Of a stretch of DNA of 45,210 bases, positions 9,739-19,285 are shown piece by piece. The stretch spans positions 1 to 45,210 of IMG/VR virus record IMGVR_UViG_2711768053_000020, one strand, 5' to 3'. The notes beneath the pieces were generated by a model that did not search any database, had not been told where the DNA came from, and was given only the letters and a program-made list of their open reading frames with translations. The stretch comes from a virus. Taxonomy: Duplodnaviria; Heunggongvirae; Uroviricota; Caudoviricetes. The position numbers and the translations under genes were made by a program. Positions within the stretch are counted from its first letter, which is position 1; each line of letters begins with the position of its first letter.

Positions 9739-10153
9739 GCGTTATCGCACTCCACAGATCATCAAAAGAAATCATTACCGGTCCGTCACGACGCCAGAGA
9801 GTGATACTGTTACCCAGTTCATTAATCCCGGTGCGGCGGATATCCAGATCAATACGGGACACCACGCCGTCATCAATCATCCATTGCAGGCATTCGCGGA
9901 TATACCCCCTTACCGTCAGCACCAGCTGATTGGTCAGTTTGCTGCGCTGAAGCAGCCACAGCCGGGAGCCGTAACGGTCATTCTGTACCGCAGGCCAGGT
10001 ATCCCCCCACCATCCCATCGGGACGTCGGCGTTGTCATCAGGCTCCGCCCGCCGCCAGGTAAACAGGGAAATCACCACGGCGCGGGTCAGCGGATCCAGC
10101 GGTGCGCTGGCGCAGGTGCGTTTACCGTTCACCGTCAGCCACAGTTCCATCAT
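9725..10153 (-). CDS. baseplate protein, Mu gp46-like
   Basis: 142 aa small baseplate gene between spike and J-like genes; start overlaps the preceding gene stop. Confidence 0.7.
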   Translation of the reverse strand: MMELWLTVNGKRTCASAPLDPLTRAVVISLFTWRRAEPDDNADVPMGWWGDTWPAVQNDRYGSRLWLLQRSKLTNQLVLTVRGYIRECLQWMIDDGVVSRIDLDIRRTGINELGNSITLWRRDGPVMISFDDLWSAITHGGQ

Positions 10154-10698
10154 GCCTCCATCGCTTTATCAGGTTTGTCGGTGTTACTGCCCTGACCGTT
10201 CTCTCTGTGACGATGCCCGTTATAGGCAAGCCGCATCGCTGACATGGTGGTGCCGCTGGAGTCGCACAGGTCTTTCACCTGTCCTGTCACTTCCAGGTCC
10301 ATTTCAAAACGTGCTTTAGGTGAATTGCGAAACGTAATCGTTTTACCTGCACCGTCCACCACGATCCCCTCCCGGGTCAGCGTCACGGACTGCCCCTGAT
10401 CGTCATAGACAGCCACCTCACCCGTCTGCAGCCCTTTCAGGCGGTAGCGCCGGTCCGACACCGTAACAACCACCGCATGAGAACGGTCGCCATCCGGAAA
10501 CAACACCACCGCTTCCGCACCGCTGTTTGCCCTTGCGGTAAAACCGTAGGGTTCAAGATGTTCAACCCCGGCTTTGGGTTCACCGGCAATCAGGGACACA
10601 TCCACGGTCTGACATTTCGTGGCGGCACTGATGCTTTTCACCACGGCCCGCCCAATCAGGCCGAGGAGTTGTCGCTGCATGGCTTCAATCGTCCTCAT
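10150..10698 (-). CDS. baseplate assembly protein V / spike (Mu gp45-like)
   Basis: 182 aa; position and size consistent with the baseplate spike. Confidence 0.75.
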   Translation of the reverse strand: MRTIEAMQRQLLGLIGRAVVKSISAATKCQTVDVSLIAGEPKAGVEHLEPYGFTARANSGAEAVVLFPDGDRSHAVVVTVSDRRYRLKGLQTGEVAVYDDQGQSVTLTREGIVVDGAGKTITFRNSPKARFEMDLEVTGQVKDLCDSSGTTMSAMRLAYNGHRHRENGQGSNTDKPDKAMEA

Positions 10699-11777
10699 CA
10701 GAACGGGTCCTCCTGTACTCTGGCTTTTTTCTTTTTCCGCGCGCCGGGGGCTTCGGGTTCAGGCAGATAAGCATCAGGCGGGCCGACACGGATTTCCGTC
10801 AGGGTGCCGTTCTGGTCCTGAGTAAACGTGACTTCCGAGACAAGCAGTTCGGTATTGTCGAAACCACAGACCGGATCGAAGACAATCACCCGCTGGTTGG
10901 GCTGCCACAGCGTACCGTTACCCTGTCGCCAGCCCTGCACCACATAGGTGGTTTCATCCGTCCGCGCCGCCCGTTGTCGGGCTTCAAAGTCAGCACGCGC
11001 AATACAGCCTGCCCCCGTAGCCTGCCCTGTCTGCCTGATATACATCGGACGGTAACGGGCAATAAATGCGTCCTCTGTGCGGGCCCGCAGCGCAGTTGTG
11101 GTGGCCTCACCGAAATCATCGTCGTTTCCGGCACGCTGCCCCGCCACCTGGTAAACAGAAAACCGCTCCCGGATACTCTTCTCCGTATCGCAGGAAAGGA
11201 TGTTTTCCCCGAGTACCAGCGCGGTATGTGCCCGCGTTGAGCCAATACCGCCAATCACCAGCCTGCCGTGCGGGTCGTCATAAGCCAGCGCCTGCTGCTG
11301 ACCGAGTATTTTGTTAATCACCTCGATCACCGTTTCACCGTGATCAGGCTGGACATCAGGAATAACACCCGACGGCGCACCGCTGTTCACCACCTCAATG
11401 CCGAAGGGCGCAGCAAGCGTCTGCGCAATCTGTACCAGTGATCGTCCGTTAAACTGTGTCGGTTCGGCTGCACAATCAATCAGGTCAGCGGTCAGACTGC
11501 GTCCGGCAATACCGGTGCTGACCGAACGGGCATCGTAACGAACGGGCGTCGCCTCCACCCAGCCGGTGATCACCAGCTCATCACCAATCAGCGCCTCCAC
11601 TTTTGAACCGTTTTTAATGCGCGGCTGAAGCGTGGTGATACCCTCATCACCCGGCCACTGGCGGGTGATCTCCACACTGAAATCCCGCGCCAGTCGTTCA
11701 ACACCGGCACCGATGCGCACCGATGTCCAGCCATTCCACTCCCGGCCATTTACCCGTAGCGTGACATTGTCGTTCAT
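10698..11777 (-). CDS. tail/baseplate hub protein, Mu P (gp44)-like
   Basis: 359 aa downstream of the DNA-circularisation-like gene, translationally coupled to neighbours. Confidence 0.7.
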   Translation of the reverse strand: MNDNVTLRVNGREWNGWTSVRIGAGVERLARDFSVEITRQWPGDEGITTLQPRIKNGSKVEALIGDELVITGWVEATPVRYDARSVSTGIAGRSLTADLIDCAAEPTQFNGRSLVQIAQTLAAPFGIEVVNSGAPSGVIPDVQPDHGETVIEVINKILGQQQALAYDDPHGRLVIGGIGSTRAHTALVLGENILSCDTEKSIRERFSVYQVAGQRAGNDDDFGEATTTALRARTEDAFIARYRPMYIRQTGQATGAGCIARADFEARQRAARTDETTYVVQGWRQGNGTLWQPNQRVIVFDPVCGFDNTELLVSEVTFTQDQNGTLTEIRVGPPDAYLPEPEAPGARKKKKARVQEDPF

Positions 11778-13102
11778 TGCACTGGCACCTTCAGAGGGAT
11801 CACCGGCACAAAGCCGGGATGCGTAATGGCATTACGCCGGATAATGTCCGCATCACGCGCCGCGTTATCAAACCAGGTCGCCGCCAGCACCAGCGCGGGT
11901 AAAACCTCATCCGGTGTGCGCTGAATGATCCGTGCAGACTGTTCAAGGCGCGTGTTGATATCCGCATTCAGATCTGCTTTCACCCGGCGCAGTGCCAGAA
12001 ACAGCGCATCACTGGTTGTACGGGACAACTCCTTATCAATTGCCGTATTCAGTGTGTCGCGAATGTCAGTCAGTTCTTCCCACGTTGGCAGGTCAACCGT
12101 GTTTTTCACCGCCGGTGCATTGTTCAGTGCCGGATGCGTGACGGAAGGCCAGCCAGTGCTCTGCGCAGGTGTTGTTGCCTGCCCCACTGCGGCATTCTGC
12201 ATCACCGCGGAAGTTGTTGGCGCAGGCAATCGGGTGACGGCATACGCCGCTTCGCTGATTGCGGTCGTACGAAGGGTGCTGGCAACCTCGTTACGCTGAT
12301 GCGTCGCCGTGGCGGTGGTTTTACTGTCCGTTTTCCAGACGCCGCGCGGTTGCAGATCGCTGCCGAGGCTGACACCGGAAAGCGTTTTGATCATGGTGAC
12401 CAGGTCGCTGGCGTTACCATAAAGGCGTTTACCGGTACGCCACATTTTCTGCACCTGCTCAACGAAATTTTTGCCTGACGATGGTGGCGGCAGAAGTACC
12501 GAGATATCCCCCTGCAACAGCCTGGCAGCATCCGATACGGCAGAATCCACCACTTTCATCGCATCAGAAACATACCCAAGCATTGTGCCGGCATTACCGA
12601 CGACGTCGTTCTGCACAAAATCCGCCACGCCATCGATACTGAAACCGCTGAAGCTGTCACTGATGCAGTCATCCAGTGCAGAACAGGATGACATCAGCGT
12701 CTGCGCCGTCGCCGCACCTGATGTGGGGTAAGAGAGTTCTCCCGCTTCGACAAACTTCAGGTCAAAGCGGACAATACGCCCTTCACTCTTCGATGTGCTG
12801 ACCCGAACCTCTCCGTCAACACAGACTTTCAGCTCACCGTAAGTCGGATGGACAAGCGTGCCGGGACCGGGTTTATTCAGCGCGTCAATCAGGCGATCGC
12901 GCTGGTCAAAGCAGTCATCTCCCACCACATAAGCCGTGATGGACGGGCGGAAAGTGATTTTCCCCAGGTCTTCGGTATAGGGTTTGTCGCGGTTCGGGTA
13001 TTCGTGCGTTTCCACACGACGACCGGTTCCCGCACTTTCTTCTTCAACCTTAAACGGCACACCGCGAAATGACGCGTCCTGAAGTCTGTCTTTCCACGTC
13101 AT
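11774..13102 (-). CDS. Mu N-like DNA circularisation / tail protein
   Basis: N-terminal ...WKDRLQDASFRGVPFKVEE motif as in Mu N-family proteins; start placed at the internal Met, the track ORF extends to 13144. Confidence 0.7.
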   Translation of the reverse strand: MTWKDRLQDASFRGVPFKVEEESAGTGRRVETHEYPNRDKPYTEDLGKITFRPSITAYVVGDDCFDQRDRLIDALNKPGPGTLVHPTYGELKVCVDGEVRVSTSKSEGRIVRFDLKFVEAGELSYPTSGAATAQTLMSSCSALDDCISDSFSGFSIDGVADFVQNDVVGNAGTMLGYVSDAMKVVDSAVSDAARLLQGDISVLLPPPSSGKNFVEQVQKMWRTGKRLYGNASDLVTMIKTLSGVSLGSDLQPRGVWKTDSKTTATATHQRNEVASTLRTTAISEAAYAVTRLPAPTTSAVMQNAAVGQATTPAQSTGWPSVTHPALNNAPAVKNTVDLPTWEELTDIRDTLNTAIDKELSRTTSDALFLALRRVKADLNADINTRLEQSARIIQRTPDEVLPALVLAATWFDNAARDADIIRRNAITHPGFVPVIPLKVPVQ

Positions 13103-13162
13103 ATAAACTCCGTACATAAAAAATCCCACCGGAGTGGGACTCATTAACAGATTAATTTTTCA

Positions 13163-14998
13163 TTACCTGCCAAAGCGCGTATAGCCAACATCATGGCTGA
13201 CATCAAAACCGCTGGATCGCGTTTCCATAACCCGCATACCCGGAGGCGAATTCACAAAAGAGACCTTGATCTCACCATCAACTTTTGGCGCAGAAGCTTT
13301 GTTAATCATGAAGGGATTCGGGCCTGTGGCATCGGAGGCGTTGTTTGACTGAGCCGGATCCACCGCCGGATAAGGTGTGTATCCCCGCGCCGGTATTCCC
13401 GTCCCATAAGCATCATAAGCACCCGCGCCCCACTGCGCCGAGTTAATGGCATCGACCGTGTCACCGGAACTGTCGGTAAACCACTCAATAATTGGCTTCA
13501 GCTTGTCCCACATATCCTGAAACCACTTAACAACCGGCCCCCAGTTATTGATCACCATCCCCAGCGGCGACCAGGCAAAAACTTTCTTAAGGAGTTCCCA
13601 GCCAGCCTCAAAATAAGGACCAATGGTTTCCCAGAGCTTCTTGAAATAAGGTCCGACAACATCCCAGTTAGTGATAATTAATCCCGCAGCCAGGGCTATC
13701 GCCGTCGCAATCATGCCAATCGGCGTCATCGACATGATCCTGCTGACAATACTGATGGCACTGCCCACGCCCATCAATCCCAGTTTCAGAATCGCAAGAC
13801 CGGCAGCAAGTCCGACGACGCCGCGAATAACCCGGGGATTTTCATCCGCAAACTTCGTGAATTTTTCCCCCAACTCCCCCAGCCATTGCGTGATATTTTT
13901 GGCGTCACCAGAAAATGCGCCGCCAATAGCCGCAAGGCCGTTAGTTGCGGTCCCCGTCATTGCCTCCCACAAGTTGGACAGCGTACCAAGCTGGGCCTGA
14001 ACACGTTTATTCAGGCTGGCCTGTTTATTCATCTTCTGCTGGATCTGATCGTAGCCATCCTTTCCTTTATCGATCAGAGCATTGACCACCTGAAGGGTTT
14101 CGGCATCATCACCAAATATTGCCTTAAGTACACCTGTTCGCTTAACGTCGGTCAGTTTTCGCAGCTTTGCCAGTTGCTTAAACATGTTATCAAGACCGCC
14201 AAAACTCCCTTTGCTGTCAGTAAAATCGAGCTGCACTCCGAGTTTCTGGCGGGCCATAACTTTATTAACGTCCCTGATTTTCTTAACGCTTAATCCGGAC
14301 TGGATAACTTTTCGCAGGGCATTACCTGCCGACTCCCCGTTCATCCCCATCTGATCCATCATGACGCTGATAGGGGCAAGGCTCTGTGCAGCCTGAAGAC
14401 CGTCCTTGTTCACCATCTTCAGAACAGAACTGGTTTTAGTGAAGAAGGACAACATGTTGGTATCGTCAACGCCCAGATAAAACGCCTTCTGGATAGTGTC
14501 GAACAGCCCCATCATGTCTTCTGACGCCGTTCCGGTAGCATCCTGCATCTTTGCAGCAAACTCAGCAGCCGCTTCCGGTGTTTTTTTCAGTTGTACCGCA
14601 AGATAAGCTGTCGCTTTACCCACACCGCCCAGAATGTTTTCTGCCGGGATCCCCTGACGCACCAGCATCTGCATCATGTTCTGGAAATCAGCCGTTGTAC
14701 CGGGTAGCTGGTTACCCAGGCCAATAGCCAGTTTATTGATGTCCTGAAAGCTCTTTCCAACCTCGCCGTTCGCATCCATCATGGCGACTTTCAGCCCGGT
14801 GGCGGCGTTTTCCTGATCGGCATAAGATTTCAGGGAAAGCGTCAGACCCGCAGCCAGTCCGCCACCAAGCGCCAGCCCACCCTGTGACGCTTCTTCCGCC
14901 TGGCGTTTAAATCCCCGGATTTTCTTTTGCATTTTCGACAGCGCGGGAGAAAGCCTGTCGACACCGGTGATCAACGCCTTAAGCTCAAATTCAGCCAT
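13163..14998 (-). CDS. tail tape measure protein
   Basis: 611 aa, Ala/Gly/Leu-rich with predicted helical N-terminus and hydrophobic C-terminal part, located between chaperone and baseplate genes. Confidence 0.85.
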   Translation of the reverse strand: MAEFELKALITGVDRLSPALSKMQKKIRGFKRQAEEASQGGLALGGGLAAGLTLSLKSYADQENAATGLKVAMMDANGEVGKSFQDINKLAIGLGNQLPGTTADFQNMMQMLVRQGIPAENILGGVGKATAYLAVQLKKTPEAAAEFAAKMQDATGTASEDMMGLFDTIQKAFYLGVDDTNMLSFFTKTSSVLKMVNKDGLQAAQSLAPISVMMDQMGMNGESAGNALRKVIQSGLSVKKIRDVNKVMARQKLGVQLDFTDSKGSFGGLDNMFKQLAKLRKLTDVKRTGVLKAIFGDDAETLQVVNALIDKGKDGYDQIQQKMNKQASLNKRVQAQLGTLSNLWEAMTGTATNGLAAIGGAFSGDAKNITQWLGELGEKFTKFADENPRVIRGVVGLAAGLAILKLGLMGVGSAISIVSRIMSMTPIGMIATAIALAAGLIITNWDVVGPYFKKLWETIGPYFEAGWELLKKVFAWSPLGMVINNWGPVVKWFQDMWDKLKPIIEWFTDSSGDTVDAINSAQWGAGAYDAYGTGIPARGYTPYPAVDPAQSNNASDATGPNPFMINKASAPKVDGEIKVSFVNSPPGMRVMETRSSGFDVSHDVGYTRFGR

Positions 14999-15173
14999 GT
15001 GTGCGTTTCTCCTGCTCTATCCTGTTTGCCTGACTGACCAGCAAGGGAATTTCACTGATCGGCATATTCAGCAATTCGAAGGGATTAATGCGCCAGTAAC
15101 TGGCGCAGTCAAAGAAGCGATCAGTGAGGTATTCAGCCGTCAGGCCTGGAGGAAAAAACCGGCCACAAGCCAC
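14991..15173 (-). CDS. -1 frame extension of the tail assembly chaperone (GT / E+E' analogue)
   Basis: 60-codon ORF in the -1 frame relative to the chaperone, overlapping its 3' end across the slippery heptamer and running into the tape measure start. Confidence 0.5.
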   Translation of the reverse strand: MACGRFFPPGLTAEYLTDRFFDCASYWRINPFELLNMPISEIPLLVSQANRIEQEKRTHG

Positions 15174-15409
15174 GCCGCTGCATTCAGGTCTGCCGGAGAC
15201 ATCTGGTCGACAGAGCTTTGCGGCACTTTCGCCAGCCGCACAATGTATTTCGACACCACATGCGCCAGAAGTCTGACGGACTCATCCTGATTCATCTGGT
15301 AGGGATACCCCAGCTCGCGGACATCCTTCCCGGTGGGTTCATCAAACTCCAGTACGGAGAGTGTCTCGCCATGAGCAATAATCGGTTTCTTTAACTCAAG
15401 CTCTTTCAT
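15140..15409 (-). CDS. tail assembly chaperone (lambda G / P2 E analogue)
   Basis: 89 aa between tail tube and tape measure; ends in a slippery T TTT TTC run. Confidence 0.7.
   Translation of the reverse strand: MKELELKKPIIAHGETLSVLEFDEPTGKDVRELGYPYQMNQDESVRLLAHVVSKYIVRLAKVPQSSVDQMSPADLNAAAWLVAGFFLQA
15152..15158 (-). promoter_or_regulatory. candidate programmed -1 ribosomal frameshift site (T TTT TTC)
   Basis: X XXY YYZ heptamer positioned in the zero frame of the chaperone ORF, 10 nt before its stop; the downstream ORF is in the -1 frame. Confidence 0.45.
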
Positions 15410-15765
15410 TACTGGTAATCCCCTTCTTCACCGTGGAACTCAAGATCGACCGTGCCTTCTTCGGCATTATGGTTCGCTTCACCGTGCAGCCAGGCGGACG
15501 ACAGTACATAGACCTGACCGTTCGCCAGCTCGGCAGTGATGGTCATCTCATCAGACGAGGTGATTTTGCTCACCGGAAAATTCTTCGGCACCTTGAAGGT
15601 CCCTTTGACATAGGGCGCACGGTGAGTTTCCTTGCGGTCCACTGAACCGTCCAGGCCGATGATGTCATCATTGACCGTCCTGTTCATGGGCACCTCAATG
15701 CCGCCAGTCAGCGATAGCTGCTGACCGTCAATTTTGAAATAACAGGTTCCCCCGATACGGGCCAT
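15409..15765 (-). CDS. tail tube protein (Mu gp40-like)
   Basis: 118 aa immediately downstream of the sheath gene. Confidence 0.85.
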   Translation of the reverse strand: MARIGGTCYFKIDGQQLSLTGGIEVPMNRTVNDDIIGLDGSVDRKETHRAPYVKGTFKVPKNFPVSKITSSDEMTITAELANGQVYVLSSAWLHGEANHNAEEGTVDLEFHGEEGDYQ

Positions 15766-17261
15766 TATGCAGACTCCTCTGAATACTGAAGACGGAACTG
15801 GTTAACCACGGCAAAGACACGCAACTGGTTAACATAGTCAGGCGGGAACAGCGTGTTCAGGCGGTTCGGATCGCTGGCATCACGCTCCACAACCAGGTAC
15901 TGCTTAAACAGTTCGTAGTTTTCCACGATCCCCGCACGCTCAAGCTGACGGTAGGTTGCCAGCAGTTCCCCTTTGATCACCGCCGGGGTGACAATCGCCT
16001 GACCGGGACCAAAGCGGGTACCGTCGCTGGCAAGCTTGTGACGCCCGTACTTACTGGTAATGACGGATTTCAGTTTGCGCAGTACATACGCACTGGTATG
16101 CAGCGTCTCGCTGTCGAGGTAGCTGTTATCCGCAACCCCGTAAGCGTTTTTCCTGTACGTGGTGACATCACGCTGAATGCGCAGTACCCCGCTTTCGACA
16201 TACGCCGTTGCCACGCCATGAGACAGCAGGGTCTGTTGTTCGGTCATCGTGAACCGTTTCCCCTTCGGCGCAGGCAGCATACCCACCAGCTCACCGGTCT
16301 GCGTGGGACGTGCCGGATCGTTGCGGATAAACACTGCTGCGCGGGCGGTACGGCTTGCCGCCAGCTCGTCGGCAGGCGTCTGGGTCTCTTTTTCGTACCC
16401 CGCCAGGGTGATGTGCTGCTGGTTAAACTGGTCACCTGCGTTCACCAGTTCTGACAGTGTGCCTGTCTTTGCCGTATACACATGACCATACAGCTGACGC
16501 GCATAGCTCCAGCGACCGCTGGTATCGTTCATCTCGGTCACCAGCGTGTTAACGGAGGCCGTGTCGTTGAACGGCAGGCCGATATAATCAAACGGCTCAT
16601 CCGCCATTGCAGCCACCGCGCCGGTGAGAACAGGAGCGCCCGTTCCGGCGGTACCCGTCGCCACGGCAATCTGTACGCCCGCTGGCAGCACTTCGCCCCC
16701 ACCAAAGCCGTAGTAATTGAGGCTGACAGGAATTTCATTCCCGCAAAGCCCCTTATGACGCGCGGTCAGTGTGACCACGCCTGCCGAAGATGAGGCCGTA
16801 AACGGCAGGGCCGGAACGGCATTGATGGCATCTTTGATACTGCTGGCAATCGTCGTGACGTTATCGCCGTTGGTCACCGGTGCCTGCACGCGGGTACGTC
16901 CCACATAAACATTCACCGTGCCGGTTTCGGTTGCTGCTCCGGTCACCGTCAGCGTAACCGTTGCCGCCGCGCCTGTGGCTTCCGGAACGGCAATCACATA
17001 CAGCTCGCCAAACGGGTCGGTCTGGCGATAAGCCTCGACCATACGCGCCAGCTGACTTCCCGCACCACAAATCTGGCGTGCATAGTCTGCCGACGGCATC
17101 AGCACCAGACTGTTGGCAACAATCTCTGCACCGTTATTGGCGTGACCAATCAGCAACGATGCCCCGCTGTCCTGTGCAGTATTCGCCGCCGAGTTATCCA
17201 TTTCCGCATAAAACAGCGGAACCAGCGTATTCGACGGAATGGTGTTAAAGCTCATCGTCAT
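15765..17261 (-). CDS. contractile tail sheath protein (Mu gp39 / L-like)
   Basis: 498 aa, first large gene of the tail module; composition and C-terminus typical of sheath proteins. Confidence 0.9.
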   Translation of the reverse strand: MTMSFNTIPSNTLVPLFYAEMDNSAANTAQDSGASLLIGHANNGAEIVANSLVLMPSADYARQICGAGSQLARMVEAYRQTDPFGELYVIAVPEATGAAATVTLTVTGAATETGTVNVYVGRTRVQAPVTNGDNVTTIASSIKDAINAVPALPFTASSSAGVVTLTARHKGLCGNEIPVSLNYYGFGGGEVLPAGVQIAVATGTAGTGAPVLTGAVAAMADEPFDYIGLPFNDTASVNTLVTEMNDTSGRWSYARQLYGHVYTAKTGTLSELVNAGDQFNQQHITLAGYEKETQTPADELAASRTARAAVFIRNDPARPTQTGELVGMLPAPKGKRFTMTEQQTLLSHGVATAYVESGVLRIQRDVTTYRKNAYGVADNSYLDSETLHTSAYVLRKLKSVITSKYGRHKLASDGTRFGPGQAIVTPAVIKGELLATYRQLERAGIVENYELFKQYLVVERDASDPNRLNTLFPPDYVNQLRVFAVVNQFRLQYSEESA

Positions 17262-17415
17262 CGGTGTTCACCTTTTTATTCACGCGCCGGATATCTCCCG
17301 CTGCTTCACGGCGCAGCCAGTAGTTGTTCTCGTCAACATTTCGCCCTTCGGTGGGCAAAAGGTCACCGCGGGCAGGGTCAGGCACTGACCGCTCTTTAAC
17401 AGGTTTCACAAACAT
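17245..17415 (-). CDS. small hypothetical protein (56 aa) preceding the sheath gene
   Basis: ATG at 17413-17415 directly after the stop of the upstream gene; my own translation MFVKPVKERSVPDPARGDLLPTEGRNVDENNYWLRREAAGDIRRVNKKVNTDDDEL; stop overlaps the sheath start. Below the track length cutoff. Confidence 0.45.
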   Translation of the reverse strand: MFVKPVKERSVPDPARGDLLPTEGRNVDENNYWLRREAAGDIRRVNKKVNTDDDEL

Positions 17416-17423
17416 GAAGATTC

Positions 17424-17984
17424 TCAGGAAGGAAGGGTTATTTCGGTGTGATGTTCGATATCGCCGTCAGGCCCGTTACCGGGATCGAGATAATCAACAT
17501 CAATCGCCAGCGTTCGCAGTTCATCCAGACTGTTCAGCTCATCCTGCTGGCGGGTATCGTCTTCGGTCAGCTCGCTGATGACCGAAAAATCGAACTGATA
17601 AATCAGCTCATGACGATTCAGATCCAGCAGCGTGCCGCCGTCATAGGTAATCGGGTTACCGCACGCTTCCGGGTTCCAGCCCAGCAGGGCCTTAAAGAGC
17701 ATCTGCCGGACATCGTCCACCACATCATACGAGGCAAACTGACCGCGCTCATCACGCCAGTTACTCAGTATGACAACCACGGAGAAGCCCTCTTTCAGCT
17801 CCTGCCAGTAGTCGGTCTGGCTTTTGTTTTCTCCCGGAGAATCATCCCCCGGTACCACATATGCCGCCGGGAGTTTCAGCTTTCCGACCTCCGGCAGATT
17901 TTTGAACTGGGCCGCGCCTGCCACCCGGTTTTCAAAATACGGGCAGCGGGCACGCAGCGCAGCAATAACAGGCGTCAGTTTCAT
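17424..17984 (-). CDS. phage virion protein, Mu gp37-like
   Basis: 186 aa between the morphogenesis gene and the sheath; assignment by synteny. Confidence 0.65.
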   Translation of the reverse strand: MKLTPVIAALRARCPYFENRVAGAAQFKNLPEVGKLKLPAAYVVPGDDSPGENKSQTDYWQELKEGFSVVVILSNWRDERGQFASYDVVDDVRQMLFKALLGWNPEACGNPITYDGGTLLDLNRHELIYQFDFSVISELTEDDTRQQDELNSLDELRTLAIDVDYLDPGNGPDGDIEHHTEITLPS

Positions 17985-18457
17985 GTTTTTTTCCTTCTTA
18001 CAGGACGTAATGACCGCTGTAACTCACGGGACAGTAACTTTTGTGTCCAGTAACGACGCTGGTCGATGACATCAGCCATAAAGTTATTACGTGGTGCCAG
18101 CCGCCAGCGGGATGAATGCTGCTTTTTCTGGCGCTTATCCTTTTTGCTCATCCCGTATGCGGCATGACGCACACCGTAATACAGAAACGCCGGATAATAC
18201 GCAGAACCTTCAGGAAAACGCCGGTTACCCTGCCCGTTTTTCTGGTTAGGGGAGATCCTGACCATCAGGCCAGAACGACGGGAGCTTTTACGGGGGACGT
18301 AATAACCTATAGAGCGCGCAAGTCGTCCGGTCTGATAGCCGGGGTTTTCACCTGGAGCAGACCGACCACGTCGCATCACCAGCCGCCGGGCATCACGCAT
18401 ATAGACACGCCCGATTTGAACAAATGCCCTTCGGAGCCTGGCACGATTAAACTCCAT
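17981..18457 (-). CDS. virion morphogenesis / tail completion protein
   Basis: Basic, Arg-rich 159-183 aa product; track ORF starts at a GTG (18532) overlapping the upstream gene, internal ATG at 18457 is an alternative start. Confidence 0.55.
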   Translation of the reverse strand: MEFNRARLRRAFVQIGRVYMRDARRLVMRRGRSAPGENPGYQTGRLARSIGYYVPRKSSRRSGLMVRISPNQKNGQGNRRFPEGSAYYPAFLYYGVRHAAYGMSKKDKRQKKQHSSRWRLAPRNNFMADVIDQRRYWTQKLLSRELQRSLRPVRRKKT

Positions 18458-18476
18458 CTCCTCCGGTTGTTTGAAA

Positions 18477-18887
18477 TCAACGTGTAAAAATGCTGTCTGC
18501 TCCACTGCGTCCTCCCATTTGTTCTTCGGCACCCAGTTCCGTACACTCCAGCAGCAGAAAGCGCCGCGCCCCGTTCAGATCACGCTGACGTTTCACCCGG
18601 TACACACTGTCATCACAGACCACCTCATAATCAGCAGTGATCCTCCGGCGGTAGCGAATGGTGATGTAATGGGTGATGGCGTCTCCGATCTGCGCGGTTT
18701 CCTGCCAGGTGGTGGCACTGGTCTGGATAACCTTCGCCCATGCCCGGAACGCAACCGGGTATTGAGGCTCCACGCCAAAGTTATCCGCGGGCATATCCAC
18801 CCGCTGGCGGATCAGGACGCGTTTATTAAGTTCGCCGGGATCCGGCAGAATGTAGGTTGCGCTGGTCTGCGCCTGACGAATTTTCAT
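18477..18887 (-). CDS. head-tail adaptor / head closure protein
   Basis: 136 aa following the connector gene. Confidence 0.6.
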   Translation of the reverse strand: MKIRQAQTSATYILPDPGELNKRVLIRQRVDMPADNFGVEPQYPVAFRAWAKVIQTSATTWQETAQIGDAITHYITIRYRRRITADYEVVCDDSVYRVKRQRDLNGARRFLLLECTELGAEEQMGGRSGADSIFTR

Positions 18888-19207
18888 AGTGGTATAAGGC
18901 GATAAGGAACAACCAACCAGTTAAAACTCATTGGCAACTCCATTTTCTCAACGTCTGTAACCGTTGAGCGGTTTTCGTAGAAATGGCTGACAAGTAGCAG
19001 AAGCGCCAGCTTCACATCATCAGATATCACAAGCCCATCAGGATCATCCGCAGGCCTGTCATCTGCGGTTGCATACAACTTACGGTTAAGGAAGTTTTCC
19101 GTACGACTCTGAGCGGCCTTACCAAGCAGTTCAAGCAACTCATCTTCATCAGAGAAATCATCATCCAGACGGAGCTGAAGCTTAATCTCTTCCATTTTTA
19201 ACAGCAT
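18884..19207 (-). CDS. head-tail connector protein (gp6-like)
   Basis: Acidic about 107-aa product; start placed at MLLKMEEIKL (ATG at 19205-19207) preceded by AGGAGG; the track ORF extends upstream into the terminator hairpin. Confidence 0.6.
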   Translation of the reverse strand: MLLKMEEIKLQLRLDDDFSDEDELLELLGKAAQSRTENFLNRKLYATADDRPADDPDGLVISDDVKLALLLLVSHFYENRSTVTDVEKMELPMSFNWLVVPYRLIPL

Positions 19208-19239
19208 AAAACCTCCTGTGCCCGCCAGAACGCGGGCAC

Positions 19240-19260
19240 AAAAAAACCGCATTACGCGGC
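19240..19260 (-). terminator. putative partial intrinsic terminator after the major capsid gene
   Basis: On the - strand a short GC stem (CCGC-GTAAT-GCGG) is followed by a T7 run, about 26 nt after the capsid stop; a second 8-bp hairpin (19218-19239) lies just before the next RBS. Confidence 0.35.
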
Positions 19261-19285
19261 GTGCTGTATTACGTAAAAAGACTAA

